Assembly (NCBI GenBank): GCA_049515895.1
Contig: JBEKTQ010000004.1
Span: 83,564-147,563, forward strand
Direction of reading: 5' to 3'
DNA length: 64,000 nt
Origin: Candidatus Bathyarchaeia archaeon
Lineage (GTDB): Archaea > Thermoproteota > Bathyarchaeia > Bathyarchaeales > Bathycorpusculaceae
Both the position numbers and the translations under genes were made by a program. This document shows, piece by piece, positions 30,070 through 38,232 of the stretch; positions within the stretch are counted from its first letter, which is position 1; each line of letters begins with the position of its first letter. The notes below the pieces were generated by a model, which ran no database searches, was not told the origin of the DNA, and saw only the letters and a list, made by a program, of their open reading frames with translations.

Positions 30070-30112
30070 GCGGGTCCGGTGGGATTTGAACCCACGACTT
30101 TCAGCTTAGAAG
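30070..30112. repeat. att site (copy of tRNA-Arg 3' half)
   Basis: GCGGGTCCGGTGGGATTTGAACCCACGACTTTCAGCTTAGAAG, identical to 36668-36710. Confidence 0.95.
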
Positions 30113-31020
30113 CCCCTAATCAAGGCGATTCTGCGAAAAGGAGCGTGGATTGGGTTGCTTTTAAGAAAGCGATTCAGGCTAAGGAGTATCATGGTTATTA
30201 TGGCACGCAACTGTTGAATTTGTGTTTGCAGTATGCGGATTGCTGGGTGACGCGGGATCTCTCTAAGATTAAGCAGCTTTCACCGAGTATGCGCGCTCAA
30301 ACAGTCAAAGCTCTATCTTCACTGTCTAAGTTTCAAGGTTGCTATGAAGAGTACAAGCAGCTCCTCAAGAATTATGGGTTAACGTGGGCAGGCAGAAGCG
30401 CAGACGACCTAATCATCGACCGGTTAACCAAGATCAGGGAACCCGAAAACGTTTTCAAATGGATCCGCGTTGTCAAAGAGGCGTGTCCTGAATACTCCGT
30501 TTTCATGGATTTCATCGCTGTCACCGGCCTAAGACTTAGTGAGGCGATCCATTCTTACAATCTGATTGTGAAGCTGTCAGTAGAAGGCGCCTTAGCTGAA
30601 AAATACTATAACGTTAAGACCGGATTCCTGGAACATTTCAGGTACAAGGAAACTTTCATTCGGAGTTGTAAGAAAGCCTTTCTGTCTTACGTTCCCCTGG
30701 AGCTTTTAGAGTCGATTGGCAAGCAGAAAGAAATCAATGACAACCACTTGAAGAACAGAGCTTTAGAAAGAAAGCATATTCCGCAGCGTTTCAGCGACGT
30801 CAGAGAGAACCACGCGAGTTTTACGACTAAATGGTTACGGCCTGAAGAAATCGATTTACTGCATGGCAGAGTAACCGGATCCGTGTTCATGGTTCATTAT
30901 TACAATCCTAATTTGGTCACTGATCTGCGCTCTCGGATGTCTACAGCTGCTCAGGCGATTCTTGTCAAAGTCAACAGTGAACTAATTTTGAGGAAAGAGT
31001 CAGGAGAGGGAAGGTGGTGA
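30070..31020 (+). CDS. intC: C-terminal catalytic part of SSV-type tyrosine integrase
   Basis: Begins AGPVGFEPTTFSLE (att-encoded); VTGLRLSEA, SDVRENHAS, LLHGR, HYY. Confidence 0.9.
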   Translation, partial: AGPVGFEPTTFSLEAPNQGDSAKRSVDWVAFKKAIQAKEYHGYYGTQLLNLCLQYADCWVTRDLSKIKQLSPSMRAQTVKALSSLSKFQGCYEEYKQLLKNYGLTWAGRSADDLIIDRLTKIREPENVFKWIRVVKEACPEYSVFMDFIAVTGLRLSEAIHSYNLIVKLSVEGALAEKYYNVKTGFLEHFRYKETFIRSCKKAFLSYVPLELLESIGKQKEINDNHLKNRALERKHIPQRFSDVRENHASFTTKWLRPEEIDLLHGRVTGSVFMVHYYNPNLVTDLRSRMSTAAQAILVKVNSELILRKESGEGRW

Positions 31021-31024
31021 AAGA

Positions 31025-31222
31025 TTGAAGAATAAAAGAAGCTATGAAGTCAAAAAGAATTATGTTGAAGTCAGCATACCGACAGAAGTCTACAATCGAC
31101 TTAGAGAATGGCTAGACAAAGATGATATACTCAATATTGGAACAGATCGGCAAGGGCATTTAGTTTTAATGAATGAGAGAGAACAGAGAGAATATGAAGC
31201 CCGAGGGTACAAAGATAATTAG
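31025..31222 (+). CDS. Small hypothetical protein, possibly AbrB-like
   Basis: VSIPTEVYNRL..LDKDDILNI; GAAGGTGG SD-like upstream. Confidence 0.5.
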   Translation: MKNKRSYEVKKNYVEVSIPTEVYNRLREWLDKDDILNIGTDRQGHLVLMNEREQREYEARGYKDN

Positions 31223-31308
31223 CTGCATGGTTGTGTGCAGCTTCCGCACCCCATTTTTCTCTCTAAGGTTTCTGCGCTGTTATACTGGCTTTCTGACCGC
31301 TAGAAAGC

Positions 31309-31611
31309 TCACTCACGGTCAAGGTACTTAGCGTACAACGGTTCTCTAGGTTCCTCAACCTCTGGATCGTAAGGGGTAGTCGGTAAGAAGCACTTTAGAC
31401 TTGGAACAGAAATGATCTTGATTCCTTGAGTGCAGTTTTTGATTTTACTAAGATTCGTTAGCCATCCACACTCAACGATTACGGCGCCGTTTTCTTTGAA
31501 GCCTATGACGTCAACTCTACAGTTTGCGATTTCATATTCAAGGAAAACTCGGTAGCCTTGCTGCTCAAGTCTCGCCGCTTCTTGCTTTTGCAGTAGTTCA
31601 TGATAGCTCAT
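31309..31611 (-). CDS. PD-(D/E)XK nuclease-like small protein
   Basis: HELLQ...LEQQGYRVFLEYEIANCRVDVIGFKENGAVIVECG. Confidence 0.6.
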   Translation of the reverse strand: MSYHELLQKQEAARLEQQGYRVFLEYEIANCRVDVIGFKENGAVIVECGWLTNLSKIKNCTQGIKIISVPSLKCFLPTTPYDPEVEEPREPLYAKYLDRE

Positions 31612-32195
31612 GGCTTGTACAGACTCTTACCCATCTTATCAATGTCCACTAATCCGATGTAGTAGTCCAGGGCCTTCAAGGTTAATCCGGTCCAGCTATG
31701 CACCTGGGCAATAGTCCAACCTTCCAAAAAGAAGTTAGTGATCCGGCTTAGCCTAAAGAAGTGTGGGTAGCTGAAGCATCGCGCGACAATATTGTAACCT
31801 GTCTTTTTACTGTAAGGAAAAACATAGTGGAAGTCTACCTTTCCTTGCTTGGTATTCTCGATTGCTGAAACAATCGTGTCGACGTAAGGAGCTGCTAAAG
31901 GAATCTTCAAAGGCGGGGTTTCTATTCCATGCTTCAAACGCTTGCCAACACTGAAGACTAAATCCTTTTTTGTGATTTGGAACTGTTCCCTGGTAGCTCT
32001 CAAGGCTTCACTCTTACGGACAGCTGAGTAATAGAGTAAGGCGACAAAGGCTTTATGATCTTCACGGACAAACTTACCCGCCTCCATGCCTTCAAGGAAT
32101 CCCTCATCTGTCAGCGGCGTCATTATCTTGCCATTCTTTCTGTACCTGGTCTCTCCTTTCCAATGCTCATAAACCGCTAAGTTGTTTTGCTGCAT
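31608..32195 (-). CDS. Second, stand-alone tyrosine recombinase catalytic domain
   Basis: LLYYSAVRKSEAL (R), RLKH (K), PHFFRLSR (HxxR), WTG...LDYY (Y). Confidence 0.8.
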   Translation of the reverse strand: MQQNNLAVYEHWKGETRYRKNGKIMTPLTDEGFLEGMEAGKFVREDHKAFVALLYYSAVRKSEALRATREQFQITKKDLVFSVGKRLKHGIETPPLKIPLAAPYVDTIVSAIENTKQGKVDFHYVFPYSKKTGYNIVARCFSYPHFFRLSRITNFFLEGWTIAQVHSWTGLTLKALDYYIGLVDIDKMGKSLYKP

Positions 32196-32326
32196 ACTTT
32201 GAACACCGTTCCATTGTTACCTTTAATTGTAGTATAAGGTAAAACATGGTCTTTTTGACTTCTATATCACATTCTACCTCTGTAGTATACCTCTTCCACA
32301 GCATCCGTTTAATCACACCTTCATCG

Positions 32327-32521
32327 TCAATTTGCATTAACTTTCTGAGCGAGTCCTTGATCTTTCTCGGAATTGTTAGTTACGGTGTAGCAAGGCTTCC
32401 AGGTGACAGCTTCAGGGTGAATGCACCAGGAGCGTTTGTCGATTTTCCGCTGTGGACACTTCCGACAAGTCTCAGGCAACTCAGCGACTTTCTTGACTTT
32501 CCGAGGCTTAATCAATAGCAT
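32327..32521 (-). CDS. Small Cys-rich hypothetical protein
   Basis: CRKC...C..C pattern; part of a run of overlapping minus-strand ORFs. Confidence 0.45.
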   Translation of the reverse strand: MLLIKPRKVKKVAELPETCRKCPQRKIDKRSWCIHPEAVTWKPCYTVTNNSEKDQGLAQKVNAN

Positions 32522-32629
32522 CCTGGCCCCTGCTCCTTCTCAACGATGCGCCTATACTTTTTGACTAGACTACGCTGAGGCGTTTTCTCCTCGGTTTTAT
32601 GAGGTTTAGCCAAGCGATCACCTTCTCTC

Positions 32630-32785
32630 TCAGTCAATGAGTAGGCTCTCCCAACAAGTCAGATGATACACTCTACGGCCATTCTGCTTAGTGACAACTT
32701 CAGCGCCTTCAACGATCAGTTTTTTGCATCGCATACACGGCCTTCCAAGCACTTTAGAAGGCCTGCCATGATGTGTTTTAACTAT
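32630..32785 (-). CDS. Unannotated small zinc-finger protein (CxxC...HxxC); start ATA 32785 or GTG 32752
   Basis: Manual translation: GRPCMRCKKLIVEGAEVVTKQNGRRVYHLTCWESLLID*. Confidence 0.6.
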   Translation of the reverse strand: MVKTHHGRPSKVLGRPCMRCKKLIVEGAEVVTKQNGRRVYHLTCWESLLID

Positions 32786-33044
32786 GTACTCCAAGGGCCT
32801 CATCCATCCAGGTTCTTTTTTCCTTCACCTTCAAAGAAAACCGTAGAGAAACTGCGAAAACCGCAACCATGGCCCCTAGAGAGATCACTTCAGAAACAAA
32901 ACCGGAAAGAAAACCAGTCTGCACTGAAAAAATCAGGAACTCGATTAGCAGGCCCATTAACAGAATCTTCGCTGACTTAGTGAACTGCCGCTTTACAACT
33001 TTCCAAAGGTTCCTGATAAGCGAAACTCCTTTCCTTCGGAGCAT
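32778..33044 (-). CDS. Small 2-TM membrane protein of the element
   Basis: Two hydrophobic segments; directly follows 33047..33946. Confidence 0.65.
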   Translation of the reverse strand: MLRRKGVSLIRNLWKVVKRQFTKSAKILLMGLLIEFLIFSVQTGFLSGFVSEVISLGAMVAVFAVSLRFSLKVKEKRTWMDEALGVHS

Positions 33045-33046
33045 AG

Positions 33047-33946
33047 CTACTTGCTCCCACTGTTTCCACGTATGAACATTAGCAAGCTGCCCAGGAAGAG
33101 GATCCCGACTAAAATGATAAGCGCGGATCCTAATGCTGCGGGAATGAAGCCGGCGGATAGAAATGTCACCATTAACCCCGACATCTGAGCGATCCAGTAG
33201 ACATAGCCAACGAAAAAGCCGATTACGTCTCCTAAGAACAGGAAAAAGTCAACTACTTGATCTGTCCAGGCAGGCTTCTGAAATGCGTTTCCGTAAACCC
33301 AAACCGTGAAGCCGTGACCGACATTCCAGCTAGTAGTCAAGTCATGATAGCCAGGAAGAGGCGAAAAAGAAACGTAGGCCATGTATTGAGGGTTGTTGTT
33401 GTCGATGATGAAAGTGGAGTATACCCCAAAAGTTTGGTTCTCGTAAGCGGCTTTGATCGTGTCGTTCCACTTCATTATTACGCCGTTTTCGTCGTCTACG
33501 ATTGTTTGAGCCGGAATAGAAAAGTGATCCGCCCCAAATGTGTTTACAGCGTTCAAGTAGTTGCCCTCGAGGTCTGTTACTGGCTCGTTGGCCCATCCCC
33601 AAGTCGCATAACGTAGAAACCGATATCCGCCCTGGTAACTGCCAAAAATTCCAAGCTCAGGCAGCAGAGTAATTGATTGAATCTGCTTGTCAGGCGTGAA
33701 GGTTTTGAAGTAGACTGTCTGCCCATTTCCAACAATCTGGTGCGTTTCATTATAGGCAAATTGGCCCATAGAGTTAGCTTGCGGGTTTCCTTCAGAACTG
33801 AAGCTGAAAGAAGGAAATTGGGGTTGTTGCTTAATGACTGAACTATTGAAGCCAAATTGAGGTGCCGCTATCGCGAAGATAGAAGTTGCCATAAGAATGA
33901 GTACGGTGACAACGAGCAGTATGTGGAAAGGGTTGCTGTCACCCAA
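33047..33946 (-). CDS. Exported protein with N-terminal signal and C-terminal membrane segments (possible virion envelope protein)
   Basis: Hydrophobic N-terminus, aromatic ectodomain with sequons, hydrophobic C-terminus. Confidence 0.75.
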   Translation of the reverse strand: MGDSNPFHILLVVTVLILMATSIFAIAAPQFGFNSSVIKQQPQFPSFSFSSEGNPQANSMGQFAYNETHQIVGNGQTVYFKTFTPDKQIQSITLLPELGIFGSYQGGYRFLRYATWGWANEPVTDLEGNYLNAVNTFGADHFSIPAQTIVDDENGVIMKWNDTIKAAYENQTFGVYSTFIIDNNNPQYMAYVSFSPLPGYHDLTTSWNVGHGFTVWVYGNAFQKPAWTDQVVDFFLFLGDVIGFFVGYVYWIAQMSGLMVTFLSAGFIPAALGSALIILVGILFLGSLLMFIRGNSGSK

Positions 33947-34133
33947 TTGATGCGGCCTCCTTAGCTTTCTGTCTTTGCTTCGCAGCTCTCCAATATTCTC
34001 GGATTGCTGCGCGTTCCGGTGAAGGCGGATTTTGAAGTGCCATAGCGGGTTCCTTGAAATTCCTTGAATCCACTATGAGAGCTTTCTACTTTTAAACCTT
34101 CTCATAGAGACATATCTTTTTTAGACACATTTT

Positions 34134-34673
34134 CTAGGAATCCTCTCCGGCATCTTTCTGCGCGTAACCTGGACACTTACAAGGAATCTCAGTTTTCTCG
34201 TTCAATTTATCCCATCCTACAGGATTAGAACATGCCAAGCTATCATAGTTCTCACATTCTTCAGAACAGTACCTTTTAGGTGCCTCAGGTTCTTTAACGG
34301 TGAGTTTTTCAACATTGATTTTTATTAGTCTTGGAGTACCCTCATAGCTTGAAATTTCGCAACCTACCGCTTTCAAAGCTACAGAAACAAGGTTCAATCT
34401 CCTTGTCAAAGCTCCAGGACTCCGCGGCCATCCCTTAGCTTTAACATCGATTGCCATTTCTTGAGCGTAGTATGAAAGTTTGATGTATAATTCTGTAGGT
34501 GATAGCTGAAGACAGTCTTTTTCCATGCCTAACATAGTACCTAAGTTTTTACCTTTGACTTCATTTTGGCAGTATTTGAGAAGGGTCAATGCAACGTTAT
34601 CAGCGTTCAAAGTTTCTTTATTTTGCTGAACTACCTTCTGAGCGTAAGCGTCAATGAACTCTTTCTGACGTTT
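34134..34673 (-). pseudogene. 5'-truncated C-terminal part of a plasmid/virus replication (primase-associated ATPase-like) protein with Cys-rich tail
   Basis: Frame opens after TGA 34674-6 without a start: EFIDAYAQK...SPTELYIKL...GWPRSPGALTRRLN; family assignment from motif recall. Confidence 0.5.
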
Positions 34674-34739
34674 TCAACGTATATAACTGGTGTTTTGTCC
34701 TTGACACGACGATGATTACGACGTCTAAAACCCGAAACC

Positions 34740-34961
34740 TCAAACCCCATGTATCGGACATCTCACCCAATCATCAAAATGCTTAGCAACATAATTTTCC
34801 CAACTTTCAGCTAACAAAACCCGAATTCTGAAAGGCATCAAATACTCGATCTGAAGTCTCAGCGAGAAATAGAGCACGCAGCAAAGAGGGTAATGATAGT
34901 TTAGGCCAGTTTTGATTTTGGTGACAGCGACGGAATGATAGCAAAGTATTCCCTGGAGCAT
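34740..34961 (-). CDS. Small hypothetical protein
   Basis: GLNYHYPLCCV...WVRCPIH. Confidence 0.4.
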   Translation of the reverse strand: MLQGILCYHSVAVTKIKTGLNYHYPLCCVLYFSLRLQIEYLMPFRIRVLLAESWENYVAKHFDDWVRCPIHGV

Positions 34962-34981
34962 TTCAAGAATTTCTTGCGATA

Positions 34982-35530
34982 TTATATCGCACTCCCCTCT
35001 TTCGCTATAATCAGCTTCGCAAACTCGTTTTCAGGGTACTTCTTAGCATAGGCTAACTGTCTAATCTTCCAGCTTAGATCATTCTTGTAGGGTTCCAGGT
35101 CCCAATTCTCATAAATTCCTTTAAGAGCAACCGCTGCGCTTTCGAGCTTCTCCTTAGGGATAACTTGGTGCGCTAAAGTCTGCAATTTTTCTCTTTTTTG
35201 CTTCTCTAGCTCCAACTTAGGCAAATGAGTGTTTTCTCTCTCAGCTTTGTTTTCGGCTATGATGTCGATAAGTTTTCTCCGGTATCTAATATCCAATAAT
35301 TCAAAATCTTCTTTCGAGATAGCATGCAGCTCAAATAATCCTCGATTAATGGCTAATTCAAGAGCTGCACTCTTACCAATTCCTAAATCAGACATCAATT
35401 TGGCGATTCCAAGATAATGAGGAGCGCAAAGAAAAATTGGGTGAATGTGATCTCTCGACTTAGGAGATCTTGAGCTTTCACTCAAAGAAACCACACTCCC
35501 AAAGAACAGCAACCGACAGAAGAACAACAA
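34982..35530 (-). CDS. Hypothetical protein of the element (true start probably downstream of 35530)
   Basis: Long ORF; RHH-like GIGKSAALELAINRGL segment. Confidence 0.6.
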   Translation of the reverse strand: MLFFCRLLFFGSVVSLSESSRSPKSRDHIHPIFLCAPHYLGIAKLMSDLGIGKSAALELAINRGLFELHAISKEDFELLDIRYRRKLIDIIAENKAERENTHLPKLELEKQKREKLQTLAHQVIPKEKLESAAVALKGIYENWDLEPYKNDLSWKIRQLAYAKKYPENEFAKLIIAKEGSAI

Positions 35531-35657
35531 CAGTAACGTAAACAGAAAACACGATAGATAGTTAGATAGTTAGTTATTATATCGCAGTAGTAGTAGTTAG
35601 TTAGTCGGTGCTGTCCATTTAATTGTGCCAAATTGGCACCTTTTTCTTGGTTCAGGT

Positions 35658-35879
35658 TCATTGTTGTTCTAAAAGCTCCTTTTCATGAAGGTCATTTAGG
35701 AGTCTGCGCCTGGTAGGGCATGAAGCAAAAACTGAGGGATAATTCCAGTTGAAACAAGCGCAGTCGTCAAGTTGGCAGATCCGGCCTAAAAGAACGTAGC
35801 TGACTTTCTCGGAAAACTCGCAGACGTTAGGCTCTACCGGGTACGGAATGGTTTTATTTTGGTTTCGACTTTCTTTCAT
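35658..35879 (-). CDS. Small Cys-rich hypothetical protein
   Basis: GAGGTG SD upstream; five Cys. Confidence 0.5.
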   Translation of the reverse strand: MKESRNQNKTIPYPVEPNVCEFSEKVSYVLLGRICQLDDCACFNWNYPSVFASCPTRRRLLNDLHEKELLEQQ

Positions 35880-36077
35880 TGACGAGGCACCTCTATTGCC
35901 TCTTTTTCTTTAAGCTGAAATCTGCTTAGTTTTCTTTCTTGCTCGGTATTCGCGTTTGATCTTGGCCATGTAGGCGCGAACTTCCGGAGGGTTTTTGAAT
36001 TGTTTTTGTTCTTGCGTTTTAAATCGCCTTGTAAGTCATAGGACAACCTTTAATATCACCTCTTTCTATATTTCTGA

Positions 36078-36461
36078 ATGTCCTTAGACCTATGCGGAAT
36101 TGATGGTAAAATGTCCCTCAAAAAAGACAAGAGTGTCCCTCAACTCGTACAAAAATACAAACATCAATTTCCAGATTTGGAAAGAGACCTTTTGAGACGG
36201 CTAATTCGCGTGGAAAATCCTAACTTATTTCTTGACAATTCGAGCAATCTAAAGAAACTTGACCGTTATCTGAAAAAAGCCTTTGAGAATGCACCAAAAC
36301 CACCAAAACCCTATGTCACGATTGACGGAGTAGAGCCTGAGTGGACAGAAAGAGGATTTACTGAATATCCAACGAAAGAAGCTCAGGCCAAAGGCACCCT
36401 TGAATTCATGCGACAAAGAGGTTTCAAATATGTTGGAAATGGTGCTTGGAAAAAAGAGTAG
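36078..36461 (+). CDS. Hypothetical protein upstream of intN
   Basis: 127-aa ORF in the same orientation as intN. Confidence 0.6.
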   Translation: MSLDLCGIDGKMSLKKDKSVPQLVQKYKHQFPDLERDLLRRLIRVENPNLFLDNSSNLKKLDRYLKKAFENAPKPPKPYVTIDGVEPEWTERGFTEYPTKEAQAKGTLEFMRQRGFKYVGNGAWKKE

Positions 36462-36469
36462 GTATGCGT

Positions 36470-36715
36470 ATGAGTAAGGATAAACCCGTAAAGGCTAAAG
36501 TCACCGTTTCAATCGACAAAAACGTCTATGAAAAAGCCCATTTTCTCGGCTTGAATGTTAGCCGCGCCTGCGAGAACGCCTTGAAAGACCTGATAGAAGC
36601 CTTAGAGAACAGAAACACGGTGAACTCCCCCTCTCTTGCCAAAGATTCTCTCGGGAGAGAAGCTTTAGCGGGTCCGGTGGGATTTGAACCCACGACTTTC
36701 AGCTTAGAAGGCTGA
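36470..36715 (+). CDS. intN: N-terminal part of the split integrase, with RHH/CcdA-like domain
   Basis: KVTVSIDKNVYEKAHFLGLNVSRACENALKDLI; ends AGPVGFEPTTFSLEG*, in frame with the same peptide at the start of intC. Confidence 0.88.
   Translation: MSKDKPVKAKVTVSIDKNVYEKAHFLGLNVSRACENALKDLIEALENRNTVNSPSLAKDSLGREALAGPVGFEPTTFSLEG
36668..36710. repeat. att site within the tRNA-Arg gene
   Basis: Identical to 30070-30112. Confidence 0.95.
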
Positions 36716-36743
36716 CGCGCTATCCGTACTGCGCCACGGACCC
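36669..36743 (-). tRNA. tRNA-Arg (anticodon TCT), intronless
   Basis: GGGTCCG/CGGACCC acceptor stem; TCAGC-CTTCTAA-GCTGA anticodon arm; GTGGG-TTCAAAT-CCCAC T arm. Confidence 0.96.
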
Positions 36744-36922
36744 ACTTTCTAACTAAAAACATGTCACTTCCTAATAAGATTTGACAAGGGGAATGTAACA
36801 TTAGGTAAATGAGTTTTCACATAGCTGCTATCGCGAAAGATCAGTTAGGGATCCTTGTTTCATTTGCAACTTGTTCATTAGGACGGGCTAAAGAGTAAAA
36901 TGGTACTTTTTAATATAAAATC

Positions 36923-38164
36923 TTAAAGATCAAGATTTTTTGGTTTGTTCAGCGATTTTTCAAACTCATTTTCAATGTTCTCCTTTGGGCAGTCTTGTTT
37001 TACAATGCTTAGGGAGAGAATTGAAAAAACGGCAAAGGCCACACCTGAAGCCACGAAGACCGGCAGGTAGCCGAGGTATTGAGCGACGTATCCGGCGGAT
37101 AGAACTGAGGCGAATTCGGCAAGTCTCGTGGGCACATGAAGCCATCCTATGTCAACCGAGACTGCGGAATTGTTCTTGGTAACTTTAGCCACGATTGATT
37201 CAAAGAAGCCTATGCCAAGACCGCGTTGGACCGCCAGCGCAAGAAAAAATGCAAGGAAATAGAAGCCGGAATTTGCCAACAAGAAACTTGCCACTATACC
37301 GATTATGCTTTGGTAGACAGCTCGAGCGCGGTTGATAGGTTTCTTAAGGGTTATAAGCGTGACGAGGGCAGCAACGACGTTGTAGAGCATGAAGGCTACG
37401 CCGATTGAAAGATAATTGTACTTGAGCTGCTGATCCATGAAAACAGGCAGAAGCAAGGTTATTAGCGGGTAAGTCGCGAGGCTGTAGAACAACAAAGCTA
37501 TTGAGACTCGCCAGAAGGTTCGGTCTCTGCCTCTTGGGCTAAGCGAAATCGCTGATCTTGACTTTTTCTCCGTTTTCGGGGGCAATACTGATCGCTGTTT
37601 CCATAGGGCAAGCGCAGGAATGCCCATAGCCGCTGAAGCAAAGATTAAAACTAGTAGCGTTGACGAGAAGCCAATGTAGGCGATGCCTACGCCTGCGATC
37701 GCGCTTCCCCCTGCGGTAGAGAGCCATATTACGGCGTTGATTCTTGTGGCTTCATGTTCCTCCCGGTTTGGAGACAAAGAGAAAATGGCGGTTCGGTTAA
37801 CAGCCCAGTACGAGGATTCCCTGAGTGCTTCCACTATTTTGCCAATGAAGAACCCCGTGGTGGAACTCGCAAAGAAATATATCAGGGTGGAAAAGAAAGT
37901 CGTGGGCCAATTAATTAGGGCGAAAACGTGCCCCCATCCGACGCGGTCAGCAAGAGCTGCGAACAACAGTCGCGCCGAAAGAAAAATCAGCGGATAAACA
38001 GAAAGCACTATGCCGATCTCCGCCACGTTAACATTGTGCTCCAACAGAAGCAGCGGAATTATCAGGGCGAGGGCTCCAGACACTAAGTAGGCGAAAGACG
38101 TATCCGCAATTACTCTCTTCATTAGAGCTCTCTCTGGGTTGTTAGCGTTCACTTCAGTGCTCAA
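36923..38164 (-). CDS. MFS transporter
   Basis: AALADRVG motif A, ~12 TM. Confidence 0.85.
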   Translation of the reverse strand: MSTEVNANNPERALMKRVIADTSFAYLVSGALALIIPLLLLEHNVNVAEIGIVLSVYPLIFLSARLLFAALADRVGWGHVFALINWPTTFFSTLIYFFASSTTGFFIGKIVEALRESSYWAVNRTAIFSLSPNREEHEATRINAVIWLSTAGGSAIAGVGIAYIGFSSTLLVLIFASAAMGIPALALWKQRSVLPPKTEKKSRSAISLSPRGRDRTFWRVSIALLFYSLATYPLITLLLPVFMDQQLKYNYLSIGVAFMLYNVVAALVTLITLKKPINRARAVYQSIIGIVASFLLANSGFYFLAFFLALAVQRGLGIGFFESIVAKVTKNNSAVSVDIGWLHVPTRLAEFASVLSAGYVAQYLGYLPVFVASGVAFAVFSILSLSIVKQDCPKENIENEFEKSLNKPKNLDL

Positions 38165-38232
38165 ACTTTTAAAGATTAATGGTTTCAGAGTGCAGGTTTT
38201 TCTTATCTTTGAGGATAGAATTCAGGAAAGAT

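Larger units (their letters stand above)
30070..36710. mobile_element. Integrated ~6.6-kb virus/plasmid-like element in tRNA-Arg(TCT) with split SSV-type integrase
   Basis: 43-bp identical direct repeats of the tRNA 3' half; intC at the left end, intN at the right end; short ORFs of unknown function inside. Confidence 0.92.

Noticed and set aside
30068-30112. Second tRNA gene
   Set aside because: Only the 3' half is present; it is the att duplication
32716-32769. In-frame TGA suggesting selenocysteine/readthrough in MAGLLKCLEGRVCDAKN*
   Set aside because: Another frame gives an uninterrupted CxxC/HxxC zinc finger, so no recoding is needed
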